A DNA stretch of 64,000 bases from Hormiphora californensis (Eukaryota; Animalia; Ctenophora). A program made the position numbers and the translations under genes. The DNA lies in contig CM035355.1 of the NCBI GenBank assembly GCA_020137815.1, forward strand, positions 3,100,001-3,164,000, in the 5' to 3' direction. The notes beneath the pieces were generated by a model, which ran no database searches, was not told where the DNA came from, and saw only the letters and a list, made by a program, of their open reading frames with translations. The first letter of the stretch is position 1, and every line of letters starts with the position of its first letter. Below, piece by piece: positions 47,301 through 57,300 of this stretch.

Positions 47301-49776
47301 AACATGCACATTTTACTGATTGGTGTTCCCTTCCGCGTTCTCCGTAACGTGTACTCACTGATATCACGATCTGTGTGGAGTGGAGGTTTTAATAGAGGGT
47401 GTGGAGAGGAGACTTGTGGGGTGGAGGTATAATCAATAGGGTGTGAAGAGGGAGGAGCCAGGAGGCTTTATGGGGTCCGGGGGAAATAAACTTTGAATAG
47501 CTCGAGTTCTTTGATTACAATGTAAATAACTTACTGGTGAATAGATTGAATGGTTTATCAGTAAATAGTTTCACATCGGAGGCACGCTGGATCCAGGTTC
47601 CAACACTCAGACCGCTCATACAACCAGTGTACCTATCTCCGATCTTGATCTGATACGGCGACATGAGGAACGTTGTATCCTGAAAATGAACACAATTTTA
47701 GAAAATTATATTATGTAGGAGGAAATTAAGATTGATGAGATTTACAAACATTTAGCTATGAGCAACGTGTTGTATATTTAAATGGTACCGTGCCATAAAT
47801 GAATATATTTCCTATATCTTTCTCTCCTACAATTCGAGTTTTCTGTTGGGGAGAAAAAGGGAATGAAGGACAAATAGCACACGAACATATTGGCAGCCGG
47901 TTACAGAATTTCTCCGTTTCCTCCTCTCAATCTTATCGTGGTCAAATTTCCTCTTTCCAAGGGACTGGTTTTCATCGGTTTTAGGAGACGACGGTGGATC
48001 GGGGAGATTAGGTGTGCATAGATCCATTGGAAATTGGGCACGATAGCCGTCCTAGCATGTTGGTAGTAGGTTGGAATCGAGAGCACAAGGGAGAGGAAAA
48101 GTGTGTGTGTATGTGGATTGTGATTTGTGAATTGGAGAAAAGGAAAGAGAAATAATAAGTGGTAGTAATCTTTTGCTATTGCACACTGACATGTGTCCAA
48201 AAGCTCTGCAATTAGGCTAGCCAGGTAATCTATGTGTACACGTGTATTGTGTAAGGAATGATTAGAAATAGACACACAATCTTTTGTGTGGCTAACTGCT
48301 GGAAGCTTCTAATCCCAGCAACTATTGGCCGATCATATCAGCTAAACATCACTTCCAAGACTTCCCAGAGGTTCAAAATCACAGTTCAAAATCACTATTG
48401 ACCACACATTGGTCATTCAAAGCCATTGACAATAACATGCATGTAGATTGTATAAGTTCCACTAATTTCAATCAACTAGTTAGTTCACTAATTAATTAAT
48501 TAATCACCACTATAATCACCTGATTGTCGAGAGTAAAGTTGCTGTAGGTGTCGTTCAGTCTCATGGAGAGCTCAACACCTGTCCTGTTCACTGAGACATA
48601 ATGAACTGCACCTGTCTTCAATGGGCCGCCAAATACCACCTGGTAGAGGGAAATGAATAGAATATTCCGATAAATAGAGAGATTTGACTATTATTATGTC
48701 GAGAGTTTGTAAGTGTCGAGAGTTTGTAATCGTCTAGAGTTTGTAATTGTTTGTTTGTAACTAATTTCACATATTTACCCGTTCAGTGTTATACGAGTCA
48801 AGGCTGACGAGGAGCTTTAGAAAACCATTTTGTAGGACTACCGATAAGAACTGGTCAGTGGCATTTTCTTGAGCGGTGGCAACTTGAACTAAAGTAGCCT
48901 CGCTCTTATCAATCCTGTCGACCTGTTCATGGGAAATATCTGGTGAAAAGGAGTGAGGGGGAGGGGAAGGGTGCAATCCAATTCACTAGAGAACCTACGA
49001 GAGAATGAGATGTCTGAATTCTCCTAGTAGCAAATCAATCCAATATATTCCCTTTCCAATCTCACAAATATACACATGTTATTACATCTACATACAGACA
49101 GACACACAAACAGCTCAGACACAGACACAACTAAACGCGTACCCGGAAATAAAAGTTAATCTGCTGAGCGATGATTGGCTGGTTTCGGAGTGTCGTGTTC
49201 CGCACGATAATCAGGCTGGAACCATCGAAAAGGAGCGTGGAGGGATCACAAATAGGGACGTCACAGTTCCGTTTTTGGCCGCTGTAGACGCAGTACGGTC
49301 GTGACGACATCTCCTGGTAGACCCTGGAAAGATGTTACTTTTGAAGTAACGATCTTGGAAAATGCAATATCCCCTACCCTCCCGACAGCGTGTACTGCAG
49401 ATCTATCTCCATACCGAAAGCAGAATCTGCACTCTGGCAATAACCCCCCTTCTCCCAATTACTCCGTATCATGGTATACCTGCAGTAGTTGTGTTTGTAC
49501 TGGGGACCCGTGAGATCTGATATTAATTGTTGTTCGCTCCAAAGATCACACGGCTCCCCATTATCTGTCACGTTAATAAAACCAGAATACTGATCTCCTG
49601 GTGGGAGAGTGGACGTTATTAAGGGGCTCCTTCATAAAACATGTGATGAAAGATATTTATGAAGGAGCAAAAATATCTTTATGAAGGAGCAAAAGATACA
49701 TACCTGGTCCTTCATAACATAGCTCTTGTTGTGCTGAGGATGTCCATGCAAAAAGAACCAGCAAAAATATTTGCAT
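44312..49776 (-). CDS. Type-I membrane protein: signal peptide + kringle + laminin-G-like domain + TM, multi-exon
   Basis: MQIFLLVLFAWTSSA; kringle CYEGPGDQYSGFINVTDNGEPCDLW...HNYCR...PYC...CDVPIC; LamG-like FDGSS..INFYFR, FLSVVLQNGFLKL and YTGCMSGL; TM IIIISIALGVIIVLTAVTMYCV. The 3' end is uncertain. Confidence 0.7.
44982..46938 (+). CDS. Single-pass membrane protein with a Tyr-repeat cytoplasmic tail, nested antisense in a kringle-LamG intron; approx. exons 44982-45122, 45331-45436, 45566-45640, 45812-46938
   Basis: TM IMVIVICGMVVAAIFLCYVTW followed by KLRYK. In-frame GT-AG joins lead to a 370-aa ORF with ~15 (YSESIGHDGQPA/V) repeats and a Pro-rich end. Confidence 0.65.
46078..46622 (+). 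repeat. Coding 36-bp tandem repeat
   Basis: tatagtgaatcaataggacatgatgggcagccagcc x ~15; the length variants preserve frame. Confidence 0.9.
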
Positions 49777-50424
49777 TACATTTCATACTGAGGGAATGAG
49801 AATATAGGTTAGCGAAGTCAGCTCAACCGACAACAAAATCACTGTACAAATAATGATTCATCATGAGAAATTCATGACAGATTATCTATAACATGTGGCC
49901 ATATGGCCTAGGCAATTTTGTTAACTTTAAACAATTGATGTAATTGGAGTATGATCGAGAAAAAAGAACAAACTATACAGTAAAATAGTGTACTAAGCAA
50001 CTTAAACCATTAAACTCTAATGGACCTAGCCCTGACCTATCTCTAGTTATCTTTCTCTCACTCTCTCATTTTTCAACACGTGCCACTTCGAGTACCTATT
50101 TCCTCATCATGCTAGATGTAAGAGTCGGTCTTTACCATTTTTCAACCTCTCACTGGCCATGAATCTCTAGCGCCAGTTCGCCAGAACGCACGATATATAA
50201 TGGGAGACGAAGAATGATAGGCATGGCAGGGAGAAAGTGAGAGGGAAAAAAGAAATGCATGGCGAAAGTGATGAGATTAAATTAAAAAGACTGATACTAT
50301 AACATCAAGCTATATCGTACAAGTAGATCTCAAGTAGTAGTAGGGGCACACCTGTACAGACATACGAACGTGTATAGCTCTGGCGTGTGCAGTTACTCAG
50401 GGGAAGTACCTGATCTATCCTTCT

Positions 50425-50599
<175 letters not shown>

Positions 50600-53500
50600 C
50601 CAGGTTGTTCATCTCGTAATGATCAGCAAGACTAATCAGCCCTTCTAATTAGGCAGCAGCAGCAGCTCGCCGAGCACAGGGAGAAAATAAGGCGCCTAAG
50701 CAGAACGTCATCAATCCACTTCTCTCTCCCAATCTTTCTCGCACTTTTCAATCTCTCACTCTCACCCTTGCCAATGTTCTTCCAGCTCACCATTTTAAAA
50801 CTCAGCTCCAGACTATCTAGACTAGTACACAACACACGTGTACCAAGATACAAAACGAGACAAGCGCCTAGTTGAACAAGGCAATGAGAGCTAGCTATAA
50901 TGTTACCAACAGGATAGGGAGAGAGAGAAAGAGGAGAGGAGAGAGACGAGAGAGTTGAGAGAGAGAGAGAGATGAGAGACACTGAGAGGAGGAGCAGAGA
51001 GTTGAGAGAGAGAGAGAGAGAAGAGAGAGATGAGAGAGAGAAGAGAGACGAGAGAGAGAGAGAAGAGAGATGAGCATGAGAGAGAGAGAGAGATGGAGAG
51101 AGATAGAGAGAGATAGAGAACGAGTGTCAACAGGATGTATGGATAGCTGAGACTGCAGAGTAAAAGAGCCCATAACAGGTGACAGTGGCGTTCATCGTCA
51201 GCAGACTCTGAAGTCTGAAGTCTGTTAGTTTGATTAGGTCCAGTGATTAAAAAACGAGAGTTTGAAACTAGTGAGAGAAATAAAAAAGATCGGGTAAATT
51301 TAACAAATAAATGACTTGTGTAAGAGACAGTTTAAGAAGAAAAAAGAGTTGACTTATACAGAGAGAAGGACTAAGGAGAGAGAGAGGGAGAAATATATAA
51401 AAAGCAAAAATACCGCAAGATCATACATTATCTTCGCAAATATCGAATGGGATGGCAAAAGTTCCAATTTCTTCCTAGCAGAATGCATTTCATAGATTTT
51501 TTCAAAGAGCAGGAAATAAAAACTTTTATTTGTAGCGACAAAGCATAAGACACGGAAGAAACATATAAAATGGGATAGTAAAACAAAAAGAGGGACACAG
51601 CAGCAGTTGGCTAGTACACTGTAATATTCCATCAAGCAAAGACCATGAGCACGCAATAGATCTTTTTTCGCGTGTAGACGTGTAATAGAGGGAGATCGAG
51701 CACTTTACTATAGGTGTCTGGTAGGCTCGCTAGTCCCTTTTTTCTCTATCTCTCTCTATCTCTCGCTCTTAGATCTGTCAAGATGATCCCTTGTCCAGAG
51801 CCAACTGGCAAGCAATGGTCATTAGGATCGATAAAAAGGTGCTATAGAATGTGAGGAGGTGAGATATATCAGATGCATGCTTGGACAACTTGAAGAGGGG
51901 TCTACATTCGGGACCATACTCTCTCAAACTGCCGTGGTCTTCTTGAAAAATCAACAACAGTTGTATGTGACCATTATACTTGTAACCTGATCATCCGACA
52001 ATTAACATTAACGGAATGACAAAGCGACAGATAAGATGACAAAAACCTTGGTAGATCGTGATCCGATGATAGAGAAAGGGAGATCAGGGTATGAGAGAGA
52101 TTATGCAGAAGGCTCAGGCGGGGTCGCAAGGCAATAGGTGATCATGATAGGGCACACCGAACAAAAGGAATGAATACACACATAATAATAATAATAATAA
52201 TAAATTAATTTGTATCCCCAAAACGACACGACAGGGAACCAGATAAGTAAAACTGTAAAACTGTGACACTAGACGAGTTCAGAGCGGGTATACCGTCCGC
52301 GAAAAGTCGTCCTTATAGTTCCTCACACACTTTGAAAAAATGTAACTCCTAGTTCAGATGATTCTAATTAGATAACTGGTCCATACATAACGCTTAAAAC
52401 GGTTTAGGATGAAAAAAATTACAGACTTATATTAAATAAAGTGGGAACAACAGCCGGCAACAAGCCCACACACTACTTATCATCAAGCTCCAACAATACT
52501 CCTGATAAAAAAGCCCTGAAAGTGTAATGGTGGAGGGGACAGCCTAATAGATAAAGGAAAAAATAAAGTTTGGAAAAGGGTTAAAAACAAGAAAGAGATG
52601 AACCCTAGTTTTTGATAAGAGAAAAACAAAAGCGAGAAAAAAAATTTAAGAAAAGGAGAAAAAAAAAATCCCTAATAATCTGTTACTCATCAATGGATCA
52701 TCCAGATTAATATCCTGTCGGAAGATGAGAGATGAATTATTTAGTAGAGCTTAGCGACAGTACCATTAAATAATATATTAAATCACAGTAGTTATTCGGT
52801 ACGGTGTTCGACTATTCGAGCCCGAAATTCTGCAGCCCAGGCCAGATTGCAGCAGACTACAACCAAATATCAGGCAAATCACCTTAACAAATAAGAAAGA
52901 TAGGGTTCAGAATGACAAAAAAGGGAAAAAGACATTGGACTCGACTTTTGCTGACACCACGACGACAAACTAGGTGATCAAACAATTGCAAAATTCAAAT
53001 CAATACAAATTTCTCCAATATCTCCCCCTCTCTCTCTCTTTCTCTCTCTCTCTCTTTCTACCTAGCATCAAGACACGGTGTCGAGAGAGAGAGAGTGCAG
53101 TGTGTGTGTGTGCAACAGATGTATCGGATCGGGCGCACTTGCAAAAATGAGGCAAATACACATTACAAGGAAGCTGTGAGCCCACACTTTTTCCCAGTAT
53201 GGTCCGGGAGAATTACCATATATGGGCATTCGTGGGTTCAAGGGCGCGGGAGGACGTACCATCACAGACACACATACATTTCCCTCCCCTCTAGCCAAGA
53301 TATAGCTCAAGTACCGCTGTGAGAAATTGTATACTGATCATAATTATCAAACTGCAACAGAGACAGAGAAAAGAAGCAGCCAACAGAAAGTTGGGCGAGA
53401 TAAAAGATAAAAAAAAAGGAAAGGGGGGAAATGATAAAAAAAAGGGAAAAGGGGAAAAAAGAAAAAAATTTAAAAAAAGAAAAAAAAAAGGAGGGGAAAA

Positions 53501-54357
53501 AAGGGAAAAAAAGAAAAAACCCCCCCACCCGGGGGGAAGGAAAAAAAATGGGGGAAAAATTAAAACAAAAATTTTTTGGGGAAAAACCGCTTTGCCCCCT
53601 CCCCCCGGACACCCCCCACGATTTTTTGGCCCACTTAATGGATAACAAGGGTGGACCCAAACAAAAGGGAAAGGGAAGAAGAGGGGAAAGGGAAAAGGGG
53701 AGAAAAAAGAGGAGAGGGGAAGAGTGGAAAAGCAAAAAGGGAAAGAAAGAAGGAAAGGAGAGAAGAAGGAAGAAGAAAAAAAGAAAAAGGAGGGGGAAAA
53801 AACAAAGAAAAGGGGAGAAGAAGGGGGGGGAGGAGAGAGGGAATTGTGTCAGGACAGCAGCAATGGCTTGACGTGCTATGAAGTAGTCTAAAGATACTAA
53901 ATCGTTCCAAACTGCTCTGAGAATAAGGGAGACATGGAGAACAATAAGGGCACCAAATCCTGTCTGTTTGTCTGTCTGTCTTTTCGTCTGTCTGTCTGTC
54001 TCTCTGTCTGTATTTTCGTCTGTCTGTCTGTTTAATAGCTGTCTGTCTGTAGTTATATCGTGATTTCATAATATCAGGAGAAAAGGGTGGAGGTCAGGCG
54101 GTTTATTTGAACTGTAGCTATATTCATTATTCACAAGAAACATAAACATAAGCTTGCTGTGTTAGACAAACACACGTGATATAAACCACCACTATAATTA
54201 TAGCCATCCACTGTACATGGTCGTGACCCGTATTAGTAGTAACATTGTGTCACATACAATTTGTGTGAATAAGTTGTGTTCATCACGCCTGAATAGCCCT
54301 ATTTCTACTAGTTTTTCAAATTTCCAAACACATTCATATCTCCTGATCTACTACAAG

Positions 54358-57300
54358 ATGTTGCTGGCAACGCTTTTGACAGTGATGCTCATAGTGGGTG
54401 GGAACTCAGCTGCAGTCAACATATTTAGGACTTCAGTTACAGAGGAACAAATGACTTTGTGTCATACTGGCTACAGGTACACTTACAGTAGGACATCGAT
54501 ATACCGGGCACCTCGATCATATACCGGGCACCTCGATCATATACCGGGCACCCCGATCATATACCGGACACCCCGATCATATACCGGACACCCCGATCAT
54601 ATACCGGACACCTCGATCATATACCGGACACCTCGATCATATACCGGGCACCCCGATCATATACCGGGCACCTCGATCATATACCGGGCACCCCGATCAT
54701 ATACCGAGCACCCCGATTTATTTGTTACTCAACAACGATTTATATACCGGGCACCTCGATCATATACCAGGCACCTCGATCATATACCGGGCACCTCGAT
54801 CATATACCGGGCACCCCGATCATATACCGGGCACCCCGATCATATACCGGGCACCACGATCATATACCGGGCGGTGGGCGGACTCTAGTGCTAACGGACT
54901 CTTTATCTAAATCCAAGGCGGACTCTATATCTAAAAACGGACTCTTTATCTACAGTTAGATTTTGAAAAAAGTTTAGATAAAGAGTCCTCTCTGTGTAGA
55001 CTTTTTAGATAAAGAGTCCACCCTGTGTAGAATTTTTAGATATAGAGTCCTCTAGTACATTTTGGCGCCAAATCCTCCAACCCGGACTCTATGTCTAAAA
55101 TCCCAACCCAACCCAAAACCTAACCCTAACACTAACCCTAACCCTAACCTCGAACCCAAATAACGGCCCTAACACTTCTAAATTAGTATAGGGGTAGAGC
55201 AAACTCTCGTTTCCGGCCTAACGGCCGAAATCTCGAGTTCGCGGCGAAAGGCGGACACTATATCTAATTTAGATTTATGTAGATATAGAGTCCACTTTGT
55301 TTAGACTTTTTAGATAAAGAGTCCGCCCTGTGTAGACTTTTTAGATAAAGAGTCCTCCTAAAGTTTAGACTTATTTGGACTCTTTATCTAAATCTAAATT
55401 TAGATATGGAGTCCTCTTTAGACTTAGAGTGTAGCACTAGAGTCCGCACACCATACCGGGCACCTCGATCATATACCGGGCACCCCGATCATATACCGGG
55501 CAAAACCCTTTCCCCGAGCATCCCGGTAGATCTTCATTCGCCTGTTTATAACCCCCGTCTCTTCATCAGTAGTATGTAAAATAGCCCCGCTGTATCAAGA
55601 TTTTCGGTGTCACCTCTTTATTCCATATATGGGCATGTGATGTCATAATCACGTGTCACTTGACGTCATATGATGTCACGTGATGTCACGTGACGTTGAC
55701 GTCACATCGTGACGTCACGTGACGTCGCAAAATTAATTTTTCATACATTCCATATATGGTCATATTTCATGCGATGTCACATGATATCACATGATGTTTC
55801 GCGATTATGAAGTCATTATGTGACATCACTTGGAAATAACGCTGGCAAGGGATCTCATTGATTTTTTGGACTTAAACGACACAAAAATTGATTGTAATCG
55901 CTGACTTCACTCTAAATTATAAACAGCATCATCTCTCTCTCTCTCCCCCCTCTCTCCCTTTCTCTCCCTCTCTCTCTAGTCTCTCTCTCTCTCTCTCTGC
56001 TTCAAACTGATGACAGGTGAGTGGCCACTAGGAGCGTGTAGTAAACATGCTGAGCTACTGTTACACACTAAAATACATATTTCAGTAGAATAGAGCTCAG
56101 AGCTTCCAGACAGTCCTGCACGTGATGTGTTTCATTCACGTGCATAACGCATTTCTTTGTAGTACTGCTACGGTGCCGCTAGCTTACTCTCATTTCTCAT
56201 TAGTAGAGTCGATAAGAACACTCACCTCCTCCGATTTCAGTAAAACTTCTCACATGCTAAAATATGATAATGGAGGTACAAATACCGCTTATTTTAGGTC
56301 CAAAAAGTTTTTGGTTCGTTAATTATCGCTAATTGAAAAACGCCAAAAATGGGCTAAAATGGCCCTTAAGGTGGATTTGAAATTTTGGAGTTGGAACTCC
56401 AGACTTCGTACAGGTGTCCGCTAGGATGCCAATATGCACCACAGGCGGGCTCAGGCCTAAATTCGTCCGAATTTTTGCGTAAGACCGGATGGCGTAAATC
56501 TTGGTCACGTGACCTCGGCTAACTTCTGAACCGCTCAAGTAAGGGATGTTCATAACCTGCTTAATCGATGCAGAATATGATGAAAATGACACGTTTTGAC
56601 ATCATTTTTCATCCCAGACGCACAGGAAAGACACAAATCGCCTTACAAAATTGACGCCATCTAGTCTCCCGCTCTTTTTTTGCAAAACTCTAACTTCTGA
56701 ACCGTTGAAGTAAGGGAGGTTCATAGCCTGCTTAATCGATGCAGAAAGAAAAATAAATGAGAGGAAATGGCCTTATTTTTCATCTCCGGCGTGCAGGAAA
56801 GGCACAAATAGCAAAAAACTGATTTTTTGCCCAAATCACGTGACCAAAATTCACGCCATCCGGCCTTACGCAAAAATTCGGACGAATTTAGGCCTGAGCC
56901 CGCCTGTGGTGCATATTGGCATCCTAGCGGACACCTGTACGAAGTCTGGAGTTCCAACTCCAAAATTTCAAATCCACCTTAAGGGCCATTTTAGCCCATT
57001 TTTGGCGTTTTTCAATTAGCGATAATTAACGAACCAAAAGTTTTTCGGACCTAAAATAAGCGGTATTTGTACCTCCATTATCATATGTTAGCATGTGAGA
57101 AGTTTCACTGAAATCGGAGGAGGTGAGTGTTCTTATCGACTCTACTACATTGGATAGCGTATTCGTGTGGTTTGCTCTCATTGGGTAGCGCAGCTGTGAC
57201 TGCGTTAGTCAAAATAACGCACTTTTCTAGTTGCACGTGATGTGTTCCATTCACGTTTATAATGCGTTTCTTTGTAGTACTGCTGCGTTGCCGCTAGCTC

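Noticed and set aside
53395-53840. Lys/Gly-rich ORFs (53319, 53431, 53651)
   Set aside because: Same noise signature; also seen at 52540-52680.
54217-54888. 223-aa ORF with YRAPRSYTGH repeats
   Set aside because: Only 54358-54476 is exon 1 of the YHYH gene; the rest is read-through into an intronic 20-bp minisatellite.
55116-55150. (CCCTAA)n-like telomeric repeats (also ggttag-rich 43224-43281)
   Set aside because: Short, degenerate and internal to MITEs; not a chromosome end.
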